DNA of 64,000 nt from Steroidobacteraceae bacterium (lineage in GTDB: Bacteria > Pseudomonadota > Gammaproteobacteria > Steroidobacterales > Steroidobacteraceae). The notes under the pieces are model-generated. The model was not told the origin of the DNA, made no database searches, and saw only the letters and a program-made list of their open reading frames with translations. The first letter of the stretch is position 1. The number at the start of each line of letters is the position of its first letter. Shown piece by piece: positions 32,492-41,875 of this stretch. The position numbers and the translations under genes are program-made. Where the stretch lies: positions 903 through 64,902 of the forward strand of contig DATGJR010000155.1 in NCBI GenBank assembly GCA_035295065.1, in the 5' to 3' direction.

Positions 32492-32546
32492 CCGCGCGGG
32501 GCCCTGAAGCCCCCTCACGCCATACCAGCCACCCGTCCCCGCGCGG
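32492..32546 (-). other. GC-rich structured element upstream of the tandem terminators (leader RNA or small RNA candidate)
   Basis: CCGCGCGGGG (32546-32537 on the minus strand) is perfectly complementary to CCCCGCGCGG (32501-32492). That gives a 10 bp stem enclosing 35 nt. An alternative fold is CCGCGC/GCGCGG stacked on GGGGC-TTCAGG-GCCCC. Confidence 0.3.
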
Positions 32547-32668
32547 CAGCTGCCCGTGGGGGCGCGCATTCTACCCCAAGTCAAAGGCCCTGGGGGAACT
32601 GCTGCGGCGCTCACCGCCGCCCCCCTTTATTATGGCTGGTCGAGGCAAGAGCAAGAGGCGGGACACCC

Positions 32669-34342
32669 ATGAACGACAGCAGCAATCGGCCGTCGCTGCG
32701 CGCCCCGCGCGGCACGCAGCTCAGCTGCCGCAGCTGGCTCACGGAAGCGCCGCTGCGCATGCTGATGAACAATCTCGATCCCGAGGTGGCCGAGCGTCCC
32801 TCGGAGCTCGTGGTCTATGGCGGTATAGGCAAGGCGGCGCGCAACTGGCAGTGCTTCGAGCAGATCCTGGCGGCGCTGCGGCAATTGAGCGATGAGGAGA
32901 CGCTCCTCATCCAGTCGGGCAAGCCCGTGGGGGTCTTCAGGACGCACGCCGATGCGCCGCGCGTGCTCATCGCGAATTCGAACCTCGTGGCCCGCTGGGC
33001 CGACTGGGAGCATTTCAACGCCCTCGACAAGAAGGGCCTGATGATGTTCGGTCAGATGACCGCGGGCTCCTGGATCTACATCGGCAGCCAGGGGATCGTG
33101 CAGGGCACCTACGAGACCTTTGTCGAGATGGGGCGACAGCACTTCGGCGGCAATCTCATGGGCAAGTGGATCCTCACCGGGGGACTTGGCGGCATGGGAG
33201 GCGCACAGCCGCTCGCCGCGACCATGGCCGGCGCGTCCATGCTGGCCATCGAGTGCCGGCCCGAGCGCATCGCCAAGCGCCTGCAGACCCGATACCTCGA
33301 CGCCCAGGCGAAAAGTCTCGAGGAAGCCCTCGAGATGCTCGAGCGCGCCCGCCGCGAGGGCAAGCCCCTCTCCGTCGGTCTGCTCGGCAACGCCTGCGAG
33401 GTGCTGCCGGAGCTGCTGCGCCGCGGCGCCCGCCCCGATGCGGTCACCGATCAGACCTCGGCGCACGATCCGGTGAACGGCTACCTGCCGGCCGGCTGGA
33501 CGGTCGAGAAGTGGGATCGCCTGCGTGCCAGCGACCCGGCGCAGGTCGTGCGCGAGTCGCGGCCCTCCATGCGAGCCCATGTCGAGGCGATGCTCGAGTT
33601 CCAGAAACTCGGCATTCCGGTCTTCGACTACGGCAACAACATCCGCCAGGTGGCCTTCGACGAGGGCCTGAAGGAGGCGTTTGCCTTCCCCGGGTTCGTG
33701 CCGGCTTACATCCGGCCGCTCTTCTGCCGCGGCATGGGCCCGTTCCGCTGGGCAGCCCTCTCGGGCGACCCGGAGGACATCTACCGCACGGACGCCCGGG
33801 TGCGCGAGCTCCTGCCCGAGGACCGCCATCTGCATCACTGGCTGGACATGGCGCGCGCGCGCATCCAGTTTCAGGGCCTGCCGGCGCGCATCTGCTGGGT
33901 GGGCCTCGGCGACCGGCACCGGCTCGGCCTCGCCTTCAACGAGATGGTGGCGCGCGGGGAGCTCAAGGCGCCAGTCGTCATCGGGCGCGACCATCTCGAC
34001 TCAGGCTCGGTGGCAAGCCCCAACCGCGAGACCGAGGCGATGCGCGACGGCTCGGACGCGGTCGCCGACTGGCCGCTGCTGAATGCACTCCTCAACACCG
34101 CGAGCGGCGCGACCTGGGTCTCGATCCATCACGGCGGTGGCGTCGGCATGGGTTATTCGCAGCACGCCGGTGTGGTCATCGTGTGCGATGGCACGCCGGC
34201 TGCGGCGCGGCGCATCGAGCGCACGCTCTGGAATGACCCCGCCACGGGTGTCATGCGCCACGCGGATGCAGGCTACGAGAGCGCGATCCAATGCGCGCGT
34301 GAGCGCGGCCTCAACCTGCCGTTCCTCAACGCTGCGCGCTGA
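32669..34342 (+). CDS. hutU: urocanate hydratase
   Basis: [60 protein letters not shown]. 557 aa after trimming the 866 aa track ORF. Confidence 0.95.
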   Translation: MNDSSNRPSLRAPRGTQLSCRSWLTEAPLRMLMNNLDPEVAERPSELVVYGGIGKAARNWQCFEQILAALRQLSDEETLLIQSGKPVGVFRTHADAPRVLIANSNLVARWADWEHFNALDKKGLMMFGQMTAGSWIYIGSQGIVQGTYETFVEMGRQHFGGNLMGKWILTGGLGGMGGAQPLAATMAGASMLAIECRPERIAKRLQTRYLDAQAKSLEEALEMLERARREGKPLSVGLLGNACEVLPELLRRGARPDAVTDQTSAHDPVNGYLPAGWTVEKWDRLRASDPAQVVRESRPSMRAHVEAMLEFQKLGIPVFDYGNNIRQVAFDEGLKEAFAFPGFVPAYIRPLFCRGMGPFRWAALSGDPEDIYRTDARVRELLPEDRHLHHWLDMARARIQFQGLPARICWVGLGDRHRLGLAFNEMVARGELKAPVVIGRDHLDSGSVASPNRETEAMRDGSDAVADWPLLNALLNTASGATWVSIHHGGGVGMGYSQHAGVVIVCDGTPAAARRIERTLWNDPATGVMRHADAGYESAIQCARERGLNLPFLNAAR

Positions 34343-34346
34343 CTGA

Positions 34347-35594
34347 ATGCCCGAGCCGCTCAAGGTCTGGCGCAACGCCCGGCTCGCAACCTGCGACGCG
34401 GCGCTCGGCATGATCGAGCGCGGCGCGCTCGTGACGCGCGGGGCACGCATCGAATGGGTCGGTGAGGAATCGGGGCTGCCGCAGGCGGTGGCGGCTGCCG
34501 GCGGTCCGGGGCCGCCCGAGATGCACGATCTCGCCGGGGGCTGGGTGACGCCCGGACTCATCGACTGCCACACGCACCTGGTGTTTGCCGGCAACCGCGC
34601 CGGGGAGTACGCCGAGCGGCTGCGTGGAAAGACCTATGAGGAGATCGCGCGCGCGGGCGGCGGAATTCTCTCGACCATGCGCGCGGTGCGTGCCGCGAGT
34701 GAGCCGCGGCTCTTCGATGAGAGCGCGCCGAGGCTCGCCGCCCTGCTCGCCGAGGGCGTGACGACCATCGAGATCAAGTCGGGCTACGGTCTCACCCTGG
34801 AGGATGAGAGAAAGATGTTGCGCGTGGCGCGCGACCTCGGGCGCGCCTTTCCGGTCACGGTGCGCACGACGCTCCTCGCCGCCCACAGCCTGCCGCCCGA
34901 GTTCCGCGGGCGCGCCGATGCCTATATCGACACCATCGCAGGGGAGTGGCTGCCGGCGCTCGCGAGAGAGGGCCTGGTGGATGCGGTGGACGTATTCTGC
35001 GAGAGCATCGCCTTCAGCGTCGTACAGGCGGAGCGGCTGTTTGCGGCGGCACAGGCGCTCGGGATTCCCGTGAAGATGCATGCGGAGCAGCTCGGCAACC
35101 AGGGCGGCACGCGCATGGCCGCCGCCCGCGGCGCCCTCTCCTGCGATCACCTGGAGTACGCCGGGGAACCGGAGGCCGAGGCACTCGCCGCATCCGGCAC
35201 GGTCGCAGTGCTGCTGCCGGTCGCCTTCTACTGCCTGGCCGAGAAGCGCCTGCCTCCGGTCGCGGCGCTGCGCGCGGCGGGTGCCCGGCTCGCCCTCGCC
35301 AGCGACTGTAATCCGGGCTCCGCCCCGGGGACCTCGCTCCTGCTGGCGATGAGCATGGCGACGCGGCTCTTCGGGCTCACCGCCGAGGAAGCGCTGCTGG
35401 GGGTCACGCGTCACGCGGCGCGGGCGCTCGGGCTGCACGCCGAGCGCGGCGTGCTCGCCCAGGGAATGGCGGCGGACTTCGTGGTGTGGAATGTCAGCTC
35501 CCCCGAGGAGCTCAGTTACTGGATCGGCTTCAATCCGCGCCGGACCGTGGTCCGCGCTGGCGAGGTGCTGCGATGGCCCAACACGACCCCCTGA
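34347..35594 (+). CDS. hutI: imidazolonepropionase
   Basis: PGLIDCHTHLVFAGNRAGEYAERLRGKTYEEIARAGGGILSTMRAVR...KMHAEQL...ASDCNPGS. Confidence 0.93.
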   Translation: MPEPLKVWRNARLATCDAALGMIERGALVTRGARIEWVGEESGLPQAVAAAGGPGPPEMHDLAGGWVTPGLIDCHTHLVFAGNRAGEYAERLRGKTYEEIARAGGGILSTMRAVRAASEPRLFDESAPRLAALLAEGVTTIEIKSGYGLTLEDERKMLRVARDLGRAFPVTVRTTLLAAHSLPPEFRGRADAYIDTIAGEWLPALAREGLVDAVDVFCESIAFSVVQAERLFAAAQALGIPVKMHAEQLGNQGGTRMAAARGALSCDHLEYAGEPEAEALAASGTVAVLLPVAFYCLAEKRLPPVAALRAAGARLALASDCNPGSAPGTSLLLAMSMATRLFGLTAEEALLGVTRHAARALGLHAERGVLAQGMAADFVVWNVSSPEELSYWIGFNPRRTVVRAGEVLRWPNTTP

Positions 35595-37111
35595 GACTCG
35601 GCGCGCGGCCGCTCAAGCTCGCGGAGCTGCGGCGCGCCTACCAGCATCCGCTCAGCGTGGAGATCGATCCCGGGTGCTTAAGCGCCGTGCATGCCTCGCA
35701 CCAGGCGACGGCGCGGCTCGCGGCGGCGGAAGCCCCCGCCTACGGAATCAACACCGGCTTCGGGCTCCTGGCGCAGACCCGCATCCCCGCCGCGCAGCGC
35801 ACGCTCCTGCAGCGGAACATCATCCTCTCGCACAGCGCCGGCGTCGGACCGCTGCTCGATGACGGCGTGGTGCGCCTCACCCTGGTGCTGAAGCTCGCAA
35901 GCCTCCTGCAGGGGTTCTCCGGGGTGAGCGAGGAGCTGGTGCGCTTCCTCGAGCGGCTCATCAACGCGGGGCTCATGCCCTGCGTGCCGAGCCAGGGCTC
36001 GGTGGGCGCCTCGGGCGACCTGGCGCCGCTTGCGCATCTGTCGCTGAGTGTCCTGGGGCTGGGCGAGATCCACCGTCACGGCGAAGTCCTGCCCGCCGCG
36101 GAAGCGCTGGCCCAGGAGGGCATGAGCGCGCTCACGCTGGGACCGAAGGAGGGGCTGGCGCTCCTCAACGGCACCCAGGTGTCGACTGCGCTCGCGCTGG
36201 CCGGCCTTTTCGAGCTCGAGAGCGCGTTTGCCGCCGCGGTGGTGAGCGGCGCGCTCTGCGTCGATGCGCTCGCCGGGAGCGACGTTCCCTTCGATGCGCG
36301 CATCCAGAGCGTGCGCGGCCACGGCGGTCAGGCGCGCGTCGCACAGGTGTACCGCGAGTTACTGGCGGGGAGCGAGATCCGCGAGTCGCACCGTGACTGC
36401 CCGCGCGTGCAGGATCCCTATTCGCTGCGCTGTCAGCCGCAGGTGATGGGCGCGTGCCTCGATCTCATCACCGCGCAGGCGGCCACGCTCGCCACCGAGG
36501 CCAACGCCGTCACCGACAATCCGCTCATCTTCGCCGAGTCGGGCGAGGTGCTCTCGGGAGGCAACTTCCACGCCGAGCCCGTCGCCTTCGCCGCCGACAT
36601 CCTCGCGCTCGCCGCCACCGAGGTCGCCTCGATCGCCGAGCGGCGCATCGCGCTCCTCGTCGACCCGAAAATGAGCGGACTGCCCGCATTTCTCGCGCCC
36701 GAGAGCGGCGTCAATTCAGGGTTCATGCTGGCGCAGGTGACCGCCGCGGCGCTCACCGCGGAGAACCGCATGCTGAGCCATCCGGCGAGCGTCGACAGCA
36801 TTCCGACCTCCGCCAACCAGGAAGATCACGTGAGCATGGCGACGCACGGTGCGCGGCGATTGCTCCCCATGACGCGCAACACGCTCACCGTCGCGGCGAT
36901 CGAGTTCCTCACCGCCGCGCAGGGCGTGGACCTGCGCGCCCCGCTCAAGACCTCTGCCAAGCTTGCCGCCGCTCAGGGAGCGCTGCGGCTCAAGGTACCG
37001 TTTGCGAAAAACGACCGGCAGCTCTCGCTCGACATCGAGGAAGCCATCGGTATCGTGCGGCTGCCCGAAGTGCAGTCGCTCGCGAGCTCGCTGCTGCCGA
37101 GCTATCGGTGA
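35573..37111 (+). CDS. hutH: histidine ammonia-lyase
   Basis: The MIO-forming motif GSVGASGDLAPLAHL, plus NTGFGLLA and QEDHVSMA. The ATG at 35573 overlaps the hutI 3' end by 22 nt. Confidence 0.95.
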   Translation: MAQHDPLRLGARPLKLAELRRAYQHPLSVEIDPGCLSAVHASHQATARLAAAEAPAYGINTGFGLLAQTRIPAAQRTLLQRNIILSHSAGVGPLLDDGVVRLTLVLKLASLLQGFSGVSEELVRFLERLINAGLMPCVPSQGSVGASGDLAPLAHLSLSVLGLGEIHRHGEVLPAAEALAQEGMSALTLGPKEGLALLNGTQVSTALALAGLFELESAFAAAVVSGALCVDALAGSDVPFDARIQSVRGHGGQARVAQVYRELLAGSEIRESHRDCPRVQDPYSLRCQPQVMGACLDLITAQAATLATEANAVTDNPLIFAESGEVLSGGNFHAEPVAFAADILALAATEVASIAERRIALLVDPKMSGLPAFLAPESGVNSGFMLAQVTAAALTAENRMLSHPASVDSIPTSANQEDHVSMATHGARRLLPMTRNTLTVAAIEFLTAAQGVDLRAPLKTSAKLAAAQGALRLKVPFAKNDRQLSLDIEEAIGIVRLPEVQSLASSLLPSYR

Positions 37112-37118
37112 GTGCGGG

Positions 37119-37355
37119 TCAGGTGGCGTACTGGGCGGACTTCTCGGGCGTCTTGTCCGAGTCATCGCCGCCTTCGGAGCCGCCTCCCTGCTGCTCGCGC
37201 TTGATGCGCTCGTAGATCTCCTCGCGGTGCACGGCGACGTGTTTCGGCGCATTGATGCCGACGCGGACCTGGTTCCCCTTCACACCGAGAACCGTGATGG
37301 TCACATCGTCGCCAATCATTACCGTCTCGCCGACCCGTCGCGTCAGAATCAGCAT
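37119..37355 (-). CDS. csrA: carbon storage regulator CsrA/RsmA with an acidic C-terminal extension
   Basis: [52 protein letters not shown] plus a 26 aa Gly/Asp/Ser/Glu tail. Confidence 0.93.
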   Translation of the reverse strand: MLILTRRVGETVMIGDDVTITVLGVKGNQVRVGINAPKHVAVHREEIYERIKREQQGGGSEGGDDSDKTPEKSAQYAT

Positions 37356-37520
37356 CGTTTAAATCCCCTATTTTATAATTCTGCGGCTGCGACGACGTTG
37401 ACCCGAGCCAGAGGCCTCGTGTACGCATCGCGGAAGGTTACGCGGAATCCAGGCAGAAGAAAAATCTTGCCGCGTCGCAATAACGCTCGTCTTTGAACTT
37501 TTGCGCCATGCCATTCGGCT

Positions 37521-39275
37521 TCACTTAAGCAGGTGTTCAACAAGGATGCCCGCCGCATCGCCCGGTGGCATGAGCACGTGCACCACCCCGGGGGCCGCGC
37601 GCGCGACACCGCGCAGCCCAAGCACGCGGATGGCCGCGGCATCGACGCGCGCCGCATCGCTCACGCTCACGCGCAATCGCCCCGCCGCGGCTTCGATCGC
37701 GGTTACGTTGGAACGGCCGCCGAGCGCGGCCAGGAGCGCCGCGCTATCGATCGGCGGGCGCGCCGCGCCCCTCCCCTGCGCTGCGGCCGGGCGCTGTACG
37801 GCCGCTGACGGCACGGGGGCAGCGGCCGCAGGCGTTGCCTGCAGCAGCCCCCTCATCTCGCTGGCGAGCTGGTCCGCGATTCCGCCGACCACGACCTGCA
37901 GCGCATTGGCGGCGGGGCGCACCGTTCCAGCCGCCCCGAGACGCTTCAGCGCCTGCAGATCGACCGCCGAGTCATTCGCGACCGTGAGTCGCAGCCGCGT
38001 GGCGCAGGCATCGAGGGAGGTAATGTTGGCCGCGCCTCCGAGGGCGGCGAGATAGCCCCGCGCCCGATCCGCGGCCGGCGGCGCCTCGGCCGCAGCGATC
38101 CCCTCCCCCGGATCGCGCCCCGGCGTGCGCAGGTCGAACCTCACGATGACGAGGCGGAAGAGGAAGTAATAGAGCGCGAAGTAGAGCGCGCCCACCGGCA
38201 ACAGCAGCAGCGGGCGGGTGGCGTATTTGAAATTCAGAACGTAGTCAAAGAGTCCCGCGGAGAAGCTGAAGCCGAGGTGCACGTTGAGCGCCTTCATGAT
38301 GATGAAGGCAACGCCGGTGAGCACGGCGTGCACGGCATAGAGGAGCGGCGCGAGGAACATGAAGGTGAACTCGATCGGCTCCGTGACGCCCGTGAGGAGC
38401 GAGGTCAGCGCGATCGATGCCAGGAGCCCGCCCACCGCGCGGCGGCGCTCGGGCAAGGCCGTGTGGTACATCGCGAGACACGCCGCCGGGAGGCCGAACA
38501 TCATTACCGGGAAGAACCCCGCCATGAAGGCTCCGGCGGCCGGATCGCCGGCGAAGAAACGCCGTTGGTCGCCGGTGATCCCATGGAAATCCCCGAGCAG
38601 ATACCAGGCGATGTTGTTGATGATGTGGTGCAGTCCCGTGACGATCAGGATGCGGTTGAGAATCCCGTAGGCGAAGAGTCCGAGCGACCCTGCGTGCAGC
38701 ACCGTCTGGCTGAGAGCGTCCATGCCGCCCTCGAGACGCTGCCACTCGCTGCCGAAGATGAACGCCAGCACGAGCCCCGCAAGACCGCTCACGATCGGCA
38801 CGAAGCGCCGTCCGCCGAAGAAGGCGAGATAGCTCGGCAGCGTGATGTTGTAAAAGCGGTTGTAGAGCGCACCCGAGATGAGGCCGGAGAGAATCCCGAC
38901 CGGGACGCTGAGCTTGCCGATCTCGCGCGCCTTGTAGTCTCCCCTCGCAAGATCCTGGACGTGGCCTGCAAGGCCCGCGAGCGCATCCGGCGGCACCGCG
39001 ATCAGCACCTTGGCGCCTTCTGTCGCCACGAGGTAAGCCACCACGGCGGCAAGACCGGCGGCCCCGTGGTTCTCGCGCGCCAGCCCCACCGCCACGCCGA
39101 TGGCGAAGAGCAGCCCGAGGTTGGCGAAGATCGCGCCTCCGGCGGCTGCCATGGAGGCGGAGTTGAGGAGATCGGGCTGGCCGAACCGCAGCAGGAGACC
39201 GGCGATCGGCAGCACCGCGATCGGCAGCATCAGCGCGCCCCCGACCCGCTGAAGACTCGCGAGCACGCTCTTCAT
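37521..39275 (-). CDS. nagE: PTS N-acetylglucosamine-family EIIC-EIIB permease with a second, Cys-less EIIB-like repeat
   Basis: MKSVLASLQRVGGALMLPIAVLPIAGLLLRFGQPDLL (glucose/GlcNAc EIIC), EIIB NITSLDACATRLRL, then a repeat NVTAIEAAAGRLRV. ATGA overlap with the upstream gene. Confidence 0.9.
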   Translation of the reverse strand: MKSVLASLQRVGGALMLPIAVLPIAGLLLRFGQPDLLNSASMAAAGGAIFANLGLLFAIGVAVGLARENHGAAGLAAVVAYLVATEGAKVLIAVPPDALAGLAGHVQDLARGDYKAREIGKLSVPVGILSGLISGALYNRFYNITLPSYLAFFGGRRFVPIVSGLAGLVLAFIFGSEWQRLEGGMDALSQTVLHAGSLGLFAYGILNRILIVTGLHHIINNIAWYLLGDFHGITGDQRRFFAGDPAAGAFMAGFFPVMMFGLPAACLAMYHTALPERRRAVGGLLASIALTSLLTGVTEPIEFTFMFLAPLLYAVHAVLTGVAFIIMKALNVHLGFSFSAGLFDYVLNFKYATRPLLLLPVGALYFALYYFLFRLVIVRFDLRTPGRDPGEGIAAAEAPPAADRARGYLAALGGAANITSLDACATRLRLTVANDSAVDLQALKRLGAAGTVRPAANALQVVVGGIADQLASEMRGLLQATPAAAAPVPSAAVQRPAAAQGRGAARPPIDSAALLAALGGRSNVTAIEAAAGRLRVSVSDAARVDAAAIRVLGLRGVARAAPGVVHVLMPPGDAAGILVEHLLK

Positions 39276-41875
39276 CGCGCTCCCTCCTGCGCCGCGGGCA
39301 CCAGCCGCTGCGCGAGCGCGCGCACCTGGGCGGGCTCGCTTTGACTCAGCGCCTCGTGCGCCAACGCCTGGCATTGCGCGAGCGTCACTCGGCTCAGGAC
39401 CGTCTTGAGCTGCGGAATGACCGAGCCGACGGCCGAAAGCTCATGCACGCCCAGGCCGACCAGGAGTGGTGCGGCCAGGGGCTCCGAGGCGAGCCCTCCG
39501 CACACCGCCACCGTGCGGCCGTGGGTGCCGGCGGCGGTGGCGGCGCGCTCGATCAGGCGCAGCACCGCCGGATGCAGCGCATCGAGGCGCGCGGCGAGCT
39601 GTGCATGACCGCGATCCATGGCGAGCGTGTACTGCGTGAGATCGTTGGTTCCGATCGAGAGAAAATCGGCGGCCGTGACCAGCTGATCGGCGAGCACGGC
39701 GGAGGCCGGCGTCTCGATCATGATTCCGACTTGAGGTGGAGAAAGCCCGCGCTCGGCGCAGATCTCATCGAGCACGGCCCGCACAGCCGCCAGATCGCCC
39801 ATGTCCGTGATCATCGGCAGCAGGATCCGGCAACGCTCGGCCGGGCGCACCGCGAGAATGGCGCGCAGCTGCACCTTCAGGAGCGAGGGGTGGGCGAGAC
39901 TGGTGCGCACGCCGCGCAGTCCAAGCGCCGGATTGTCCTCCCTCGGCTGTGGCAGGTAGGCGATCGGCTTGTCGCCGCCAGCATCGAGCGTACGGATGGT
40001 GAGAGGGCGACCGCCGAGTGCGTCGGCGATCTTCTGGTACTCGGCGAGCTGCTCGCCCTCATCGGGCGCCGCCTCGCGATCGAGAAACAGAAACTCCGTG
40101 CGCAGAAGTCCACAGCCCTCCGCGCCATTGCGTACCGCGGCCTGCGCTTCCGCCACCGAGCCGACGTTGGCGAATATCTCGATGCGCGCCCCGTCGGCGG
40201 TACGGCATTCGCGCTGCGCGGCGGCACGTTCGGCGTCCAGCTGCTCAGCTCGCCTGGCGAGCGCCGCGCGCGTCGTGGCGAGCCGGTCGGCGAGCGGCTC
40301 CACCTCGAGCACGCCACGCTCGGCATCGAGCACCAGCTGCGTGCCGTCGCGCACGGCGAGCACCTTCGATCCGAGCGCCACGAGGGCCGGTATCTGCATG
40401 GCGGCGGCGATGATCGCCACGTGCGAGGTCGCCCCGCCGGCCGCCATGGCGAGACCTGCGATGCGACGCGCATCGAGGGAGACGAGCTGCGAAGGCAGGA
40501 GCTCGCGCGCGATCAGGATCGAATGCTCGGGGAGCTCGGGCGTCGCCCCGTGCGCGACGCCGCTCAGCGCCGCCAGCACCTGCGTCTCGAGATCCAGCAG
40601 GTCATCGGCACGCTCGCGCAGGCGCGGATCTGCGAGCCCCTGAAGCGTCGTGGCCGCCGCGCGCACCGCCGCCCGCCAGGCGGCGCCGGCGCTGCGACCC
40701 CGCGCGATCTCGAGGCGCGCGGCCGCGATGAGCTCCGGATCATCGAGGAGCTCGAGGTGCGCGGCGGCGATCTCGCCGGCCGCGCGGGCGCCGGCACCCT
40801 CGGCTGCACCCGAGGCGCGCCGCTCGAGGCGGGTGCGCACGGCCGCGCGTGCGCGCTCGAGCGCCGTACTCTCCTCCTCGACTCCCGACCCTTCGAGGGC
40901 GACCGCGATTTCGGGCCGGGTGAGCTGGATCGCTTTGCCCACCGCGAGACCGCGGCTCGCGATCACCCCCGGCAGCGCTTCCCCCGCAGCGGGCGCCGCA
41001 CCGGCGCTCTCGAGCGCCCGCGGGGGCGAGGCCGTGACAGCCGAGGGAGCCTCGCGCGATGACTTGCCGGCATTCGCGGCGCCGGGCGTTCCCCCCGGGT
41101 CGCCTCGCGCGAGCACGGCCGCCAGCATGCTCAGGGCGAGTGCGGCATCGGGCCCCGAGGCCCGAATCTCGATCTCATCCCCGTGACCCGCTCCAAGCGC
41201 CATGAGCGCTACGGTGCTGCGCGCATTCGCTTCGCGCCCGCGTGCGCTCAGGCGCACGTCCGCCGCGAGGCCCTTGAGGGAGGCTGCCAGCAGTGCCGCC
41301 GGTCGCGCGTGGATCCCGTGCTCAAAGGCCACGGTGACTCGCTGCGCGCCGCTCGCTCCGGGAGCGACGACGGTCGCGCCGGAGAGGCCATCCGGTGCAA
41401 GCTCCATGAGCGCCTCGCCGACCTTGACCTCTCGGCCCTGCACGCGCCGGACGATGCGAAAGCCGCTGTCGGCGGTGACGATGATCGGTGTGAGGAGGCT
41501 CGGGGCGCGCTGCGCGAGGAGATCCAGGTCGAAGCGCAGCAGCACCTCACCGGTGCGCACGCGAGCGCCTGGTGCGGCAACGACCGTAAAGCCCGCGCCG
41601 CCGAGCTTCACGGTGTCGATTCCGACGTGGATGAGGATCTGGCAGCCACCGGCGGTACGCAGCGTCACCGCGTGACGGGACGGGGTGATGAGCGCGAGCT
41701 CCCCGTCGCACGGAGCGTGGAGCGTCCCCTCGGTGGGATCGATGGCAAGCCCGTCGCCCATCATGCGCGAGGCGAACACCTCATCCGGCACCTCATCGAG
41801 TGGAGTGCTCCATCCCCCGAGCGGCGCGGCCAGCGCGATCGCGCCCTGCCGCATGCCTTGTGTGTCCCCGCTCAT
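39272..41875 (-). CDS. multiphosphoryl transfer protein EIIA(Glc-type)-HPr-Enzyme I fusion
   Basis: EIIA: VPDEVFASRMMGDGLAI...ILIHVGIDTVKLGG. HPr: FEHGIHARPAALL. EI: GGATSHVAIIAAAMQIPALV...SIGTNDLTQYTLAMDR. Same architecture as the Pseudomonas GlcNAc PTS partner. Confidence 0.9.
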   Translation of the reverse strand: MSGDTQGMRQGAIALAAPLGGWSTPLDEVPDEVFASRMMGDGLAIDPTEGTLHAPCDGELALITPSRHAVTLRTAGGCQILIHVGIDTVKLGGAGFTVVAAPGARVRTGEVLLRFDLDLLAQRAPSLLTPIIVTADSGFRIVRRVQGREVKVGEALMELAPDGLSGATVVAPGASGAQRVTVAFEHGIHARPAALLAASLKGLAADVRLSARGREANARSTVALMALGAGHGDEIEIRASGPDAALALSMLAAVLARGDPGGTPGAANAGKSSREAPSAVTASPPRALESAGAAPAAGEALPGVIASRGLAVGKAIQLTRPEIAVALEGSGVEEESTALERARAAVRTRLERRASGAAEGAGARAAGEIAAAHLELLDDPELIAAARLEIARGRSAGAAWRAAVRAAATTLQGLADPRLRERADDLLDLETQVLAALSGVAHGATPELPEHSILIARELLPSQLVSLDARRIAGLAMAAGGATSHVAIIAAAMQIPALVALGSKVLAVRDGTQLVLDAERGVLEVEPLADRLATTRAALARRAEQLDAERAAAQRECRTADGARIEIFANVGSVAEAQAAVRNGAEGCGLLRTEFLFLDREAAPDEGEQLAEYQKIADALGGRPLTIRTLDAGGDKPIAYLPQPREDNPALGLRGVRTSLAHPSLLKVQLRAILAVRPAERCRILLPMITDMGDLAAVRAVLDEICAERGLSPPQVGIMIETPASAVLADQLVTAADFLSIGTNDLTQYTLAMDRGHAQLAARLDALHPAVLRLIERAATAAGTHGRTVAVCGGLASEPLAAPLLVGLGVHELSAVGSVIPQLKTVLSRVTLAQCQALAHEALSQSEPAQVRALAQRLVPAAQEGAR

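Noticed and set aside
32492-32546. Possible tRNA-fMet gene at the metY-equivalent position
   Set aside because: The acceptor-like and T-arm-like helices exist, but the element is about 55 nt and has no anticodon arm or CCA context. It is not a tRNA gene, so I reported it only as a structured element.
32568-32584. TTGACT and TAGAAT hexamers on the minus strand upstream of the rimP leader
   Set aside because: They look like -35 and -10 boxes but are separated by only 5 nt, so they cannot form one sigma70 promoter. I kept only TAGAAT as a weak, unsupported -10 candidate.
31742-32668. 5' extensions of track ORFs (hutU from 31742; truB to 27623; rbfA to 28062; rimP to 32614; GH20 to 44346; cupin to 45188; hutH from 35486)
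   Set aside because: The extensions overlap upstream genes or known leaders and are Arg/Pro-rich. They precede internal Met or Val codons that match homolog N-termini, signal peptides or stop/start junctions.
37398-37500. Possible plus-strand CsrA-sponge sRNA divergent from csrA (TTGACC at 37398-37403, GGA motifs in CGCGGAAGGTTACGCGGAATCCAGGCAG, T-rich end CTTTGAACTTTT)
   Set aside because: The -10 (TACGCA) is poor. There are only two or three GGA motifs, and the terminal hairpin is only 4 bp. This is too weak to call without expression or conservation data.
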